A stretch of 64,000 nt of DNA, from positions 387 through 64,386 of the forward strand of contig DASXYU010000085.1 in assembly GCA_036502295.1 (NCBI GenBank), in the 5' to 3' direction. Of this stretch, positions 1 to 10,356 are shown piece after piece. Below the pieces are notes generated by a model. The model saw only the letters and a program-made list of their open reading frames with translations, ran no database searches and had not been told where the DNA came from. Made by a program: the position numbers and the translations under genes. Source of the stretch: Jatrophihabitans sp. GTDB lineage: Bacteria > Actinomycetota > Actinomycetes > Mycobacteriales > Jatrophihabitantaceae. Every line of letters starts with the position of its first letter. Positions within the stretch are counted from its first letter, which is position 1.

Positions 1-1
1 C

Positions 2-568
2 GCCTACCTGGTGTTGATCGCGATGCCGATCCTCTACGTACTGATGCGGGCAATCAACAAGCACTACACGCGCGTCGCCGACGAGCTGCAGGTGGTCGAC
101 CGGGGGCTCGTCCTGCCGTCGCGCAACCACATCGTCGTGTTGGTGTCGAAGGTGCACAAGCCGACGCTGCGGGCGCTGGCCTATGCGCGAGCGGCCCGTC
201 CCGACACGTTGACGGCTCTCACCGTGAACATCGACGACGAATCGACGCGCGGACTGCTCGCAGAGTGGGAGCGGCTGGACATGCCGATTTCACTCACCGT
301 CCTCGAGTCGCCTTATCGCGAGATCACCCGCCCGGTGATCGGCTACGTGAAGAAGCTGCGCGCCGATCGTCCTCGCGACCTCGTGAACGTCTACGTCCCC
401 GAGTACGTCGTCGGGCACTGGTGGGAGCAGTTGCTGCACAACCAGACCGCGATGCGCCTGAAGGCGCGTCTGCTGTATCAGCCCGGTGTGATGGTGACGA
501 GCGTGCCGTGGCAGATGGAGTCGGTGGGGCATCCCGCGCAGCCGCCTGTCCCCCTCGATACGCACTGA
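2..568 (+). CDS. APC-family permease-like protein, C-terminal cytoplasmic domain (5' end outside window)
   Basis: The frame is open from the window edge to the stop at 566-568. It sits directly upstream of the RumA-like methyltransferase and dxs, as in other actinobacteria. Only about 188 aa are visible, so the family call rests on context. Confidence 0.5.
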   Translation, partial: AYLVLIAMPILYVLMRAINKHYTRVADELQVVDRGLVLPSRNHIVVLVSKVHKPTLRALAYARAARPDTLTALTVNIDDESTRGLLAEWERLDMPISLTVLESPYREITRPVIGYVKKLRADRPRDLVNVYVPEYVVGHWWEQLLHNQTAMRLKARLLYQPGVMVTSVPWQMESVGHPAQPPVPLDTH

Positions 569-570
569 GC

Positions 571-1830
571 ATGTTCACACCCGGCGACATCGTCGAACTG
601 GAGGTGGGCGCACCGGCCCACGGCGGATTCTGCGTGAGCCGGGTCGAGGGTCGAGGCGTCTGCTTCGTCAGCCATGCGCTGCCCGGTGAGCTGGTGCGGG
701 CGCGAGTCACCGAGGACCGCGGTGGCAGCTTCTTCCGCGCCGACGCGATCGAGGTCCTGCGTGCCTCGCCCGACCGGGTGACTCCGCCGTGTCCCCATGC
801 CGGTCCGGGGCGCTGCGGCGGCTGCGACTGGCAGCACGCGTCGGGCGATGCGCAGCGGCGGCTGAAGGAGTCGGTGGTCCGCGAGCAGTTCCGGCGCCTG
901 GCGAAGTATGAGCTGCCCGACTCGTTCCTCGTCGAGCCGTTGCCGGCGGGTAGCGGGGATGAGGTGTTGCTCGGCTGGCGGTCACGGATCACCTACGCGG
1001 TGGATGAGGACGGCCGGCCCGGGCTGCACAGGCATCGCTCCACGGAGGTCGAGCGCATCGAGCGCTGTCCGCTGGGTGTTCCCGGCGTCGGCGACAGCGA
1101 CGTCCTCGCGCAGCAGTGGCCGGGCCTGCTCGGCGTCGCGGTCGTACAGGACGGCACCGGTGAGCAGGCCGTCATCGCGCACCGACCCGGCGTCGGGCGG
1201 CAGAGCAGAGGACGGCGTCCTCCTGATCGGCTCGAGGTCATCGCAGGCGCGGAGACGCTCACCTTCCGCGTCCTCGGGCGCGAGCTGCAGGTCGCAGCCA
1301 CCGGCTTCTGGCAGGTGCACCCGAATGCGTTGCACACCTTCACGACTGCGCTGCTCGACGGCACGCGGCCGCAGCCGGGGGAGGGCGTCCTCGACCTCTA
1401 TGCCGGAGCCGGCGCGTTGACGGTGGCGCTGGCCGCCGCCGTGGGGCAGACCGGCCGCGCCGTGGGCATCGAGTCCGACCACCGCGCCGTCGCCGATGCG
1501 GCCACCGCTCTGGCGGCGATGCCGTGGGCCCGCGTCCTGCCCGGGCGCCTCGACGAGACCTCGATCGAGCGGATGCTCGAGCTCGCCGACCTGAGCCCGG
1601 ACGTCATCGTCCTGGACCCGCCGCGTGCCGGAGCCGGGCAGGCTGTGATGCGCGCACTGCTCGATCGCGGGCCGCGGGTGATCGGTTATGTCGCCTGCGA
1701 TCCCGCTGCGCTGGCCCGCGACGCGGCGGTGGCGTTCGCCGCGGGGTGGCAGCTGGATTCGTTACGCGGATTCGATGCTTTTCCGATGACCCACCATGTG
1801 GAGTGCGTCGCCACGTTCACACGGCTATGA
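571..1830 (+). CDS. Class I SAM-dependent RNA (uracil-5) methyltransferase, RumA/TrmA family with TRAM-like N-terminus
   Basis: ATG at 571, 3 nt after the upstream stop. Cys cluster CPHAGPGRCGGCDWQH, SAM motif VLDLYAGAGALT, and catalytic-Cys region YVACDPAALARD. The longer ORF from 265 is an Arg/Ala-rich extension overlapping the upstream gene. Confidence 0.85.
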   Translation: MFTPGDIVELEVGAPAHGGFCVSRVEGRGVCFVSHALPGELVRARVTEDRGGSFFRADAIEVLRASPDRVTPPCPHAGPGRCGGCDWQHASGDAQRRLKESVVREQFRRLAKYELPDSFLVEPLPAGSGDEVLLGWRSRITYAVDEDGRPGLHRHRSTEVERIERCPLGVPGVGDSDVLAQQWPGLLGVAVVQDGTGEQAVIAHRPGVGRQSRGRRPPDRLEVIAGAETLTFRVLGRELQVAATGFWQVHPNALHTFTTALLDGTRPQPGEGVLDLYAGAGALTVALAAAVGQTGRAVGIESDHRAVADAATALAAMPWARVLPGRLDETSIERMLELADLSPDVIVLDPPRAGAGQAVMRALLDRGPRVIGYVACDPAALARDAAVAFAAGWQLDSLRGFDAFPMTHHVECVATFTRL

Positions 1831-1850
1831 CAAAGGTAGGATTTCGGTCC

Positions 1851-3824
1851 ATGGCGCCAGTTCTCGACCGGATCGCGTCCCCAGCCGATCTTCGCAACCT
1901 GGACGGTGACGAACTTGCGCTGCTCGCCACCGAGATCCGGGACCTTTTGGTCGATTCGGTCTCGAAGCTGCGTACCGGCCACCTCGGGCCGAACCTCGGG
2001 GCGGTCGAGCTCACCATCGCCCTGCACCGCATCTTCGACTCGCCGACCGAGCCGATCCTCTGGGACGTCGGCCACCAGGCATACGTGCACAAGATCCTCA
2101 CCGGCCGCGCCGGGCAGATGGAGACGCTGCGCCAGAGGGGCGGCCTCTCCGGCTATCCGAACCGCGCCGAGAGCAAGCACGACTGGATCGAGAACTCCCA
2201 CGCCTCGACCGCACTGTCCTATGCCGACGGCATGGCGAAGGCATTCGAGATCCGCGGCGACTCGCGCCCCGTCGTCGCTGTGGTCGGTGACGGCGCCCTC
2301 ACCGGCGGCATGGTCTGGGAGGCGCTGAACAACATTGCCGGCGCCGACCGTCCGGTGATCGTCGTCGTCAATGACAACGGCCGCTCCTACTCGCCGACCA
2401 TCGGCGGTATCGCCGAGCGCCTCTCCGGCCTGCGGCTGCGTCCTGAGTACGAGCAGATGCTCGGCCGGGTGAAGCGCACCCTGAAACGCACCCCGGTCGT
2501 CGGCCAGCCGATGTATGACGCGCTGCACGGCATGAAGCGCGGCATCAAGGACGTCATCGCGCCGCAGGGGCTCTTCGAGGACCTCGGCCTGAAGTACCTC
2601 GGCCCGGTGGACGGGCATGACATCGCTGCCCTCGAGCACGCATTCACGCTGGCGCGCGGCTTCGGCGGCCCGGTAGTGGTGCACGCCGTCACCCGCAAGG
2701 GCTTCGGCTATGCCCCCGCCGAGAACGACGAGGCCGACCAGCTGCACCAGTGGAAGCCGCTTGACCCGGACACCGGCCGTGTCGTCCCCAAGGCGGGGCG
2801 CACATGGACCGCTGTCTTCAGCGAGCAGATCGTGGCGCTGGGCGAGGAACGCGATGACATCGTGGCCATCACCGCTGCGATGTGCGAGCCCACCGGCCTC
2901 GGTGAGTTCAGCCGTCGCTTCCCGCAGCGGTTCTTCGACGTCGGAATCGCCGAGCAGCACGCCCTCACCTCAGCCGCGGGGCTTGCCTCTGCCGGCCTGC
3001 ACCCTGTAGTCGCGGTCTATGCCACCTTCCTCAACCGCGCCTTCGACCAGCTGCTGATGGATGTCGCGCTGCACAAGCTGCCGGTGACGGTCGTCCTCGA
3101 CCGGGCCGGGATCACCGGCGATGACGGCCCGAGCCACAACGGCGTGTGGGACCTCGCCATCCTCGGAGTCGTCCCGGGTCTTAAGATCGCGGCGCCGCGC
3201 GACGAGCGGACGATGCGCGAGGAACTCGCCGAGGCCGTCGCGATCACGACACCGACGGTGGTGCGCTTTCCGAAGACGCCGATGGGCGAGTCGATCGCCA
3301 CGCTGCGCTCGGTCGGCGGAGTCGACATCCTCAGTGAGGACGGACAAGGTCACGTCGACGTTCTCATCATGGCGGTGGGGGCGACGGCGCGCGACGGGCT
3401 CGAGGCGGCGAACGCGGTTCGGCAGGCCGGTTACAGCGCCCGGGTCGTCGATCCGCGCTGGGTGCAGCCAGTGCCAGCGACGATGGTCGACCTCGCGAAG
3501 ACCGCCGGCCTCGTCGTGACCGTCGAGGACGGTGTTGTCACTGGCGGTGCCGGTTCGCGTTTGGCGCTGCGGCTTTCCGAGGTAGGACTAGACGTGCCGG
3601 TGCGCCATCTCGGGATGCCGGCCGAGTTCCCCGATCACGGCAGCGTCGCCGATGTGAAGACCTGGGCGGGACTGACCGTCCCCGACCTGGGTCGTCGGAT
3701 CGTGGAATGGGCGACGGTAGCCGTAACTCGCGGCGCACCCTCGCCCGAGAGCGAGGCGACGGCGGCGGGCGAACCGGGCTCGCCCTCGAAGGAGGAGAGC
3801 GCTGATGCGAGTACTGGTCATTGA
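1851..3824 (+). CDS. dxs: 1-deoxy-D-xylulose-5-phosphate synthase
   Basis: MAPVLDRIASPADLRNL N-terminus, GHLGPNLGAVELTIALH, and TPP motif GDGALTGGMVWEALN. AAAGGTAGG lies about 10 nt upstream of ATG 1851; alternative start at 1827. Confidence 0.93.
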   Translation: MAPVLDRIASPADLRNLDGDELALLATEIRDLLVDSVSKLRTGHLGPNLGAVELTIALHRIFDSPTEPILWDVGHQAYVHKILTGRAGQMETLRQRGGLSGYPNRAESKHDWIENSHASTALSYADGMAKAFEIRGDSRPVVAVVGDGALTGGMVWEALNNIAGADRPVIVVVNDNGRSYSPTIGGIAERLSGLRLRPEYEQMLGRVKRTLKRTPVVGQPMYDALHGMKRGIKDVIAPQGLFEDLGLKYLGPVDGHDIAALEHAFTLARGFGGPVVVHAVTRKGFGYAPAENDEADQLHQWKPLDPDTGRVVPKAGRTWTAVFSEQIVALGEERDDIVAITAAMCEPTGLGEFSRRFPQRFFDVGIAEQHALTSAAGLASAGLHPVVAVYATFLNRAFDQLLMDVALHKLPVTVVLDRAGITGDDGPSHNGVWDLAILGVVPGLKIAAPRDERTMREELAEAVAITTPTVVRFPKTPMGESIATLRSVGGVDILSEDGQGHVDVLIMAVGATARDGLEAANAVRQAGYSARVVDPRWVQPVPATMVDLAKTAGLVVTVEDGVVTGGAGSRLALRLSEVGLDVPVRHLGMPAEFPDHGSVADVKTWAGLTVPDLGRRIVEWATVAVTRGAPSPESEATAAGEPGSPSKEESADASTGH

Positions 3825-4542
3825 GGACGAGGTCCAGCTCGCCGAGGCCGTAGCCCGCGGCCTACGGCGCGAAGGCATGGCGGTGGACATCGCCGTCGAC
3901 GGCGACGAGGGCTACCGCAAGGCGGTATCGACGCGGTACGACGTGCTGGTGCTCGACCGCGACCTGCCGGGGATGAGCGGGGATGACATCTGCCGCAAGG
4001 TCTCCGGCGAGAGCGAACTGACACGCGTGCTGATGCTCACTGCGAGCGGCACTGTGCGCGACAAGGTCGAGGGACTGGAGCTCGGCGCTGACGACTACCT
4101 GCCGAAGCCCTTCGCCTTCGCGGAGCTGGTTGCCCGCGTCCGCGCGCTCGGTCGGCGCTCGACGCCGGCCGCTCCGCCCGTCCTCGCCGTGGACGACGTA
4201 GTCCTCGACCCGGCCAAGCGGACGGTGACACGCAGCGAGCGTCCGGTCGACCTCACCCGCAAGGAGTTCGGTGTGCTCGAGACGCTGCTCTCGGCACAGG
4301 GGGCAGTGGTGAGCAGCGAGGAACTGCTGGAGCGGGTCTGGGACGAGCACGCCGACCCGTTCACCACCACGGTTCGCGTCACGATGATGACGCTGCGCCG
4401 CAAACTCGGTGAGCCCGCGCTCATCGACACCGTTGTCGGTTCCGGCTATCGGATCGACCCGGGCATCGGCTCGATGGATGACGTGGCGGATGACGTGGCG
4501 GAAGGCGCCGGCACGACGCCGGACGGCGCCGCCAGCGCATAA
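3805..4542 (+). CDS. OmpR/PhoB-family response regulator
   Basis: GGAGGAG RBS 7 nt upstream of the ATG. Receiver domain (VLVLDRDLPGMSG, LMLTA) plus winged-helix output (TRKEFGVLETLL). Overlaps the dxs 3' end by 20 nt. Confidence 0.92.
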   Translation: MRVLVIEDEVQLAEAVARGLRREGMAVDIAVDGDEGYRKAVSTRYDVLVLDRDLPGMSGDDICRKVSGESELTRVLMLTASGTVRDKVEGLELGADDYLPKPFAFAELVARVRALGRRSTPAAPPVLAVDDVVLDPAKRTVTRSERPVDLTRKEFGVLETLLSAQGAVVSSEELLERVWDEHADPFTTTVRVTMMTLRRKLGEPALIDTVVGSGYRIDPGIGSMDDVADDVAEGAGTTPDGAASA

Positions 4543-4546
4543 CACC

Positions 4547-5608
4547 GTGCGCCTCGTCCGTCCGACGCTGCGCTTTCGCATGGCGTTGTTGTACGGCGCG
4601 CTCGTCCTACTCGTCGGTATCGCGATGCTGGTCGTCGCGGGCCTTCTGCTGAATGCTGCGCTTGACCGGCCGACGCACAGCGACGCCCTGAACTACCTGG
4701 TGACGTGGGGGTTGATCTACTTCGCGATCATCGTCCTGGCCGCGGCCGTCGCGGGCTATCTGCTGGCGAAGCAGGCGTTGCGTCCCATCGCGGCGCTCAC
4801 CCGGACCGCGCAGTCGCTCTCCACCGACAACCTCAACCAGCGCATCGAGCTGGAGGGACCGGCCGATGAGTTGCGTGAACTGGCGGACACCTTCGATGAG
4901 ATGCTCGGCCGGCTCAACGCGGCCTTCGACAGCCAGAAGATGTTCGTCGCCAATGCCAGCCACGAACTGCGCACGCCGTTGTCGGTGATCAGGACCGAGC
5001 TCGAGGTGACGCTGAGTGACCCCGACGCGGACGTCACGGAGCTGCGCCGCATGGGCGATGTGGTGGCCGGTGCGACGGACCGCGCGCAGCGGCTGGTGAC
5101 GTCGCTGCTGACCCTGGCTCGCTTGCAGGCGGTGCAGACCGGCGCGCTGGAGGTCCGCGAGGAGGTGGAGCTTTCGGCGATCGTCCCGCACGTCCTCGAC
5201 GCGGTGGCGGGGGAGGCCGAGGCGAAGGGCATCACGGTCGAGACGGAGCTCGAAACGTCGACGACGATCGGCGATCCTGGACTGCTGGAGCGGCTCATCG
5301 GCAACATGGTCGAGAACGCGATCCGGCACAACACTCCCGACGGCTGGCTGCGCATCACCACGCGGCAGACCAACGATCGGGCGTGGCTGCACGTGTCCAA
5401 CGGTGGGGCGGTCATCCCGCAGTCCGATGTGGACGCCTTGTTCCAGCCGTTCCGGCGCGGAGGACGGTCTCGGACGGCGACACGAGGCGCCGGGCTCGGG
5501 CTGGCGATCGTGCGCCTCATCGTGGAGGCGCACCGCGGCAAGGTGCAGGCCGTGGCGCCGCCCTTCGGCGGCCTCGCGATCCGCATCGAACTCCCACGAC
5601 CTGCCTGA
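4547..5608 (+). CDS. Sensor histidine kinase (2 TM, HAMP, HisKA, HATPase_c)
   Basis: H-box FVANASHELRTPL, N-box IGNMVENAIRHN, G-box GAGLGLAIV. GTG at 4547 lies 5 nt after the regulator stop; alternative ATG at 4580. Confidence 0.9.
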   Translation: MRLVRPTLRFRMALLYGALVLLVGIAMLVVAGLLLNAALDRPTHSDALNYLVTWGLIYFAIIVLAAAVAGYLLAKQALRPIAALTRTAQSLSTDNLNQRIELEGPADELRELADTFDEMLGRLNAAFDSQKMFVANASHELRTPLSVIRTELEVTLSDPDADVTELRRMGDVVAGATDRAQRLVTSLLTLARLQAVQTGALEVREEVELSAIVPHVLDAVAGEAEAKGITVETELETSTTIGDPGLLERLIGNMVENAIRHNTPDGWLRITTRQTNDRAWLHVSNGGAVIPQSDVDALFQPFRRGGRSRTATRGAGLGLAIVRLIVEAHRGKVQAVAPPFGGLAIRIELPRPA

Positions 5609-5640
5609 GCAGCATTCGTAACGATTCATGTCCTGCTTGG

Positions 5641-6414
5641 TCAGACGCCGTTGGCGCCTCCGTCGACGAAGAAAAGAGAGCCCGTCGAGAACTTGGAGGC
5701 ATCCGATAGCAGCCAAGCGGCTTGTTCGGCGATGTCCTCGGGTTGACCGACGTGCCCGATGGGCTGGCCGTCTTCGAGCGCTTTGGCGAGTACTGGGTCA
5801 TGTATGACGGCTTCGAGCATAGGAGTGTGGATCGTGCCGGGCAGGATTGCATTGACTCGGATGCCGCGAGAGGCATACTCCAGCGAGGCAGATCGAGTCA
5901 GCCCGACAACTCCGTGCTTGCTGGTGACGTAGGCGGGCATGCCGGGTTCGGCCTTGTACCCAGCCAGAGAAGAGGTGTTCACGATCGATCCACCGCCATG
6001 TTCGAGCAGGTAGCTGATCTCATGCTTGAGGCAGTAGAAGATGCCGGTCAGATTGATGCCCAGCGTCCGGTTCCAGTCCTCGGCGCTGGTTCGGTGCAGC
6101 TCGGATTGGGGCCCGACTCCGGCATTGTTGAACGCGCCGTTCAGACCGCCGAATGCCTTCACCGTGTGAGCAACCAGTGCCTGGACATCGGCTTCCGACA
6201 ACACGTCGGTGTGTACGAACAGTGCCGTGCCGCCGTCGGCCTCGATCTGCTTGACCGTCAGTTCGCCGCCTTCGTCGTTGACGTCTGCGACGGCTACCGC
6301 CGCCCCTCGGGCTGCGAGCAGAATTGCGGCTGCGCGGCCGATGCCGCTCCCGGCGCCGGTGACAATCAGGGACTTTCCCGTGAGGTCGAGCATGCGATAA
6401 GCGGTGTTTGTCAT
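5641..6414 (-). CDS. SDR-family oxidoreductase
   Basis: TGAGSGIGRA Rossmann motif, NAG, and catalytic YVTSKHGVVGLT. Confidence 0.9.
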   Translation of the reverse strand: MTNTAYRMLDLTGKSLIVTGAGSGIGRAAAILLAARGAAVAVADVNDEGGELTVKQIEADGGTALFVHTDVLSEADVQALVAHTVKAFGGLNGAFNNAGVGPQSELHRTSAEDWNRTLGINLTGIFYCLKHEISYLLEHGGGSIVNTSSLAGYKAEPGMPAYVTSKHGVVGLTRSASLEYASRGIRVNAILPGTIHTPMLEAVIHDPVLAKALEDGQPIGHVGQPEDIAEQAAWLLSDASKFSTGSLFFVDGGANGV

Positions 6415-6478
6415 TGCGTCCTCCTAGATCTTGATACGGATGTTTTCGTCCTCGACGGCTGTTCGGCGTTACTGGCCA

Positions 6479-7618
6479 CTACGTGATCACGCCTGACTCA
6501 CGAAGTACGGCCAAGTCGGCCTCGGTGTAGTCCAGTTGCCGCATAATCTCTAACCCGTCAGTCGGTATAGCGCCGGCGGCGACACCAGTTGCAGTAGCGG
6601 AAAACCGCGGTGCCGGTGCAGCTACCGGTTTGCCTTCGAACTCGGCGTAGGCATGCCGTGCGGCATTGTGCGGATGTGCTGGGGCTTCGGTAAGGGTCAG
6701 GACAGGCGCTACGCACGCATCCAGGGGAGTAAATAGTTCTGCCCACTCGTCACGAGTTCGGGTCCTGAAGGCGTCGGTGAGCCATGACTGCAAGACGAGC
6801 GCCTGTCTGTGGTCGTACGGTGATGGCACGGTGGCCGAATCGGAGCCGAGGGCGTTGCAGAGTGTCGCCCAAAACTGTGGCTCAATAGCGCCGATTGCCA
6901 CCCAGCGACCATCGGCACACTCATAGCAACGGTAGTTCGGGCTGCCGCCGTCGAGCAGATTCGACTCCCGCTCGTCACGCCACGAACCAGAGTCGAGCAG
7001 TGTCCGTGTCATCGTTCCGAGGTACGCGGCACCCTCCGTCATCGCAGCGTCGAGCACTTGACCGACACCGGATTCTCGGGCGTGAAGTATTGCTGCCAAC
7101 AACCCCATGCCCAGCACCAGTGAACCACCGGCAAGGTCTGCCAGGTAGTTCACCGGTGGCACCGGTGGTCCCTGCCTCGCGCCGATCCCGTGTAACAGAC
7201 CGGAGATGGCGAGGTAGGTGATGTCGTGACCCGCGGTGCGCGCGAGCGGCCCGTCCTGGCCCCAACCGGTGAGTCGTCCGTAGACGAGGCGACGGTTGCG
7301 GGAGAGCACTTCGTCGGGGCCGACACCGAGCCGCTCGGCGACGCCGGGGCGAAATCCCTCTATCAACGCATCGGATCGTTCGGCGAGGCGAAGAACCACC
7401 TCGCTCGCCCCGTGCGCTTGGAGGTCCAACTCAAGCTGTCGTCGTCCTCGGCCGAGTGGGCCTCCGACGAAGACCTCCTCGAGGCCACTGCGCTTTGCGC
7501 GCGGCTTTTGGATTCGGACCACCTCCGCACCGAGGTCAGCCAGCATCATGCCGAGGAACGGCACGGGTCCAATCGCAGGCAACTCCAGCACGGTTACACC
7601 GCTGAGCGGTCCATTCAT
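6479..7618 (-). CDS. Family III CoA-transferase (CaiB/BaiF), alpha-methylacyl-CoA racemase-like
   Basis: The N-terminus MNGPLSGVTVLELPAIGPVPFLGMMLADLGAEVVRI closely resembles the MCR/Amacr N-terminus. A strong GAGGAGGAAGG RBS overlaps the stop of the upstream permease gene. Confidence 0.85.
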   Translation of the reverse strand: MNGPLSGVTVLELPAIGPVPFLGMMLADLGAEVVRIQKPRAKRSGLEEVFVGGPLGRGRRQLELDLQAHGASEVVLRLAERSDALIEGFRPGVAERLGVGPDEVLSRNRRLVYGRLTGWGQDGPLARTAGHDITYLAISGLLHGIGARQGPPVPPVNYLADLAGGSLVLGMGLLAAILHARESGVGQVLDAAMTEGAAYLGTMTRTLLDSGSWRDERESNLLDGGSPNYRCYECADGRWVAIGAIEPQFWATLCNALGSDSATVPSPYDHRQALVLQSWLTDAFRTRTRDEWAELFTPLDACVAPVLTLTEAPAHPHNAARHAYAEFEGKPVAAPAPRFSATATGVAAGAIPTDGLEIMRQLDYTEADLAVLRESGVIT

Positions 7619-7629
7619 GTCCTTCCTCC

Positions 7630-8670
7630 TCAGGCGCCTCGACGCTTACGCCGAAAGGCTGCCGATGCGCCGACCGCAAGGATCAATGCGCCACCGTCGG
7701 AGACTCCCGAGACCCACGTAGCCGCGCCACCGAGGGTGAGTCCGCTGACGATGACGGCCACGAGAATCAATCCCAGGATCGTTCCGATGACGTTGAATTG
7801 TCCTGGCGTCCATGTGGACGCCCCGAGGTAGACGGCGGCAAGTGCCGGCAGAAGGACGCCGATGCCGGTTGCTCCGGGGATCGCGCTGCCCTGTTGTGCC
7901 AGCAGAAGGACACCGGCCGCCGCAGCGAGGCCGCCTGAGGTCATGTAGCTGGTCAGCACCAGTCGATCAACGCGTACACCAACCAGCCGAGCCGCCTGGT
8001 TCGACGAGCCGATCGCGACCAGCCGGCGGCCGAACGGCGTCTGAGTCACGACGTAGCCGGCTGCCAGAGCAATGAGCAACGCCACGACAGCGAGCCATGG
8101 AACTCCCCAGAGTGTCGCGGTCCCGAAGTCCACCAAGTGCTGCGAGAAGCCGGATGAGATGCTTAGATTGTGGCTGTACCAGCTCTGCAGCCCGTCGAGC
8201 ACAGTCGCCGAGCCGAGCGTGGCGATGAGTCCGTTGAGTCCGAACCGGGTGACGAGCAGGCCATTGACGGCACCGATCAACAGCCCGATGACCAAGACGA
8301 CCACGATGGCTTCGCCGAGGTTCCACCCATCCCGTGCCATGAATCCTGCGGTGAGCATCGAGGTCAGGCTCGCTGTCGACCCGACTGAGAGGTCGAAGTT
8401 ATTGCTCAAGAGCGGGATCATCAGCGCCAGTGCGATGACCAGGTTCACCGCTTGGGAGCTGCCGATGATCTGCCAGTTGCGAACGGTCGCGAAGGTGTTC
8501 GGGTACTTCGCAGACCATGCGACGGTAATCGCGATAAGCAAGACCAGGAGGCCGAATCGCTCACCGAAAGACAGCCATCGCGCCCCGTTCGGCCATCGTG
8601 AGGCACGCCGCGCGCTGACCGGATCAGATGGCGTGGACTCGGTGGGCTGCGTCGTTGCTGTCACTGTCAT
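7630..8670 (-). CDS. ABC transporter permease, CUT2 (ribose/monosaccharide-type)
   Basis: Multi-TM protein with RbsC-like composition. ATG 8670 overlaps the stop of the ATPase gene. The longer ORF to 8754 overlaps the ATPase gene. Confidence 0.85.
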   Translation of the reverse strand: MTVTATTQPTESTPSDPVSARRASRWPNGARWLSFGERFGLLVLLIAITVAWSAKYPNTFATVRNWQIIGSSQAVNLVIALALMIPLLSNNFDLSVGSTASLTSMLTAGFMARDGWNLGEAIVVVLVIGLLIGAVNGLLVTRFGLNGLIATLGSATVLDGLQSWYSHNLSISSGFSQHLVDFGTATLWGVPWLAVVALLIALAAGYVVTQTPFGRRLVAIGSSNQAARLVGVRVDRLVLTSYMTSGGLAAAAGVLLLAQQGSAIPGATGIGVLLPALAAVYLGASTWTPGQFNVIGTILGLILVAVIVSGLTLGGAATWVSGVSDGGALILAVGASAAFRRKRRGA

Positions 8671-10268
8671 GTCTCTCGTGGCTCCGTGTTGGTTGCTGAT
8701 GAGTTGGGGGGTGTATCGCGACGTGTACCGAGCCCGTGACTGAGTTCGACACACCGCTGAGCGGTGAGCTCGGCGCCGGTCGCCTCGCCAGTGATCCGTC
8801 CGTCGTGCATGCCGAGTACTCGATCGCAGGCATCGACAAGTTCCTGCGGGTCGGAGCTGACGAGAAGCACGGCGGCGCCGGATGCGGCCGCCTGACGGAC
8901 GAGTTGATGGATCGCGGCGCGCGCGCCGACGTCAACACCCTGTGTCGGCTCGTCAAGCAGCAACAGTCGTGGCGCCAACTCCAGCCACCGTGCCAGCACG
9001 ACCTTCTGCTGGTTTCCGCCCGACATCGTCGCGAAGTACGCTTCAGGCCCTGCCACCTTGACCTGATATCTCTCGATGGCAGCGTGAGTATCGGAACGCT
9101 CGGCCTTTTTTCGTAGCCACAACCGGTTCCAGTAGCGTCCCAAGTGCGGGACGGTGAGGTTGGTGCGTACCGGCAACTCTGCGAAGGCTGCCTGTCCCGC
9201 ACGGTCTTCAGGGACGTAGGCGATGCCGTTGCTGATCGCAGCGGGGATATCGCCGAGAACGAGTTCGACGTCATCGAGCATTGCACGACCGCCCCGAGGA
9301 GACCTCACACCGAAGAGCGATTGCAGCAGCGTCGATCGCCCCGAGCCGAGTAGACCGGCAATCCCGACGATCTCCCCGGCACGTACTTCGATCGAGACGT
9401 TGTCCAGCGGTCCGACCGCGAAACCTTCTAGTCGGAGCCGAGCAGGTGTCGGGTCGGTGTTGAGTGTGTCTTTCTCCGGCGTAAATGGGGCGTGCCCCGT
9501 GATCAGTTGTACGAGACTGCGCTCATCCAGATCGGTCGCATCGCAAGTCCGGATGTGCCGGCCGTCGCGCAGAAAGGTTGCGCTATCGGATACAGCCAGC
9601 AGCTCTGAGAGTCGGTGCGACACAAAGACGACGGCGTGACCGCGGCGGGCGTAACCGCGCATGGCGTCGAGGACTGTCTGCGCTTCCTCGGCCGGGAGAG
9701 CGGCGGTCGGCTCATCGAGGACGAGGATTCCCCGTCCAGCCTCGTCTTCATCCTGCAATGCGCGAGCGACCGCGATCATCGTCTGCGTTGCTGGCGGCAC
9801 CTGCGCCATCAGTGTTTTCGGGGAAACATCGATTTCGAAACGCTCAAGCACATCCCGAACGCGACGGTGTACCGACCGCCACGGGATCGGGGCCAGGCTT
9901 CCGGCACCGAACGTCGAACTGACCGCAAAGTTCTCCGCGACAGTCATAGAGGGGAAGGTCCCTACCGCCTGATGGACGAAGTAGAGCCCATTCGCTTCAG
10001 CCCAGCCCGGATTCGTTCGGGCCGCTTCATGCTCCTGGCCGTTGATTTCGATGGTTCCGGCGTCGGCCTGGTACACCCCGGCCAGGATCTTGATGAGCGT
10101 CGATTTCCCTGATCCATTTCCGCCGCACAGCGCATGCACCGAGGCCCGGGGGATGTCGAAAGTGACATCTTGCAGCGCATGCGTTCCGCCGAACGTCTTG
10201 GCGACCGAATGGATACGGATCGCTGGTGCAGCACTTTTCGGATTCCGTACCTGATCGACGGTGGTCAT
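8667..10268 (-). CDS. ABC transporter ATP-binding protein, duplicated-ABC CUT2 type
   Basis: Two Walker A motifs (GGNGSGKST, GLLGSGRST), signature MSGGNQQKV, Walker B LLLLDEPT. Confidence 0.93.
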   Translation of the reverse strand: MTTVDQVRNPKSAAPAIRIHSVAKTFGGTHALQDVTFDIPRASVHALCGGNGSGKSTLIKILAGVYQADAGTIEINGQEHEAARTNPGWAEANGLYFVHQAVGTFPSMTVAENFAVSSTFGAGSLAPIPWRSVHRRVRDVLERFEIDVSPKTLMAQVPPATQTMIAVARALQDEDEAGRGILVLDEPTAALPAEEAQTVLDAMRGYARRGHAVVFVSHRLSELLAVSDSATFLRDGRHIRTCDATDLDERSLVQLITGHAPFTPEKDTLNTDPTPARLRLEGFAVGPLDNVSIEVRAGEIVGIAGLLGSGRSTLLQSLFGVRSPRGGRAMLDDVELVLGDIPAAISNGIAYVPEDRAGQAAFAELPVRTNLTVPHLGRYWNRLWLRKKAERSDTHAAIERYQVKVAGPEAYFATMSGGNQQKVVLARWLELAPRLLLLDEPTQGVDVGARAAIHQLVRQAAASGAAVLLVSSDPQELVDACDRVLGMHDGRITGEATGAELTAQRCVELSHGLGTRRDTPPNSSATNTEPRET

Positions 10269-10356
10269 CTGTCCTCCTGGGTTTCATCCGGGAACGGGCT
10301 CATGGCTGTGCCGTCCACGGGGTCGTGGACGGCACAGCCATGACGGCGATCAATAC

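Noticed and set aside
265-570. N-terminal extension of the RNA methyltransferase ORF (starting at 265).
   Set aside because: It overlaps the 3' end of the upstream permease-like gene in another frame and is Arg/Ala-rich. ATG 571 sits 3 nt after the upstream stop and begins the TRAM-like domain.
1686-2960. Long antisense ORFs opposite recognised genes. Examples: 1686-2960 vs dxs, 4607-5716 vs the kinase, 10639-11784 vs the binding protein, 23641-24648 vs the SDR/kinase, 31478-32638 vs rnd, 33389-34192 vs hemE, 43344-44267 vs the peptidase, 50702-51601 vs FKBP, 54625-55518 vs zapE.
   Set aside because: In every case the opposite strand encodes a protein with clear family motifs. The antisense translations are low-complexity Arg/Gly/Ala/Pro-rich with no motifs, as expected for stop-poor frames in high-GC DNA.
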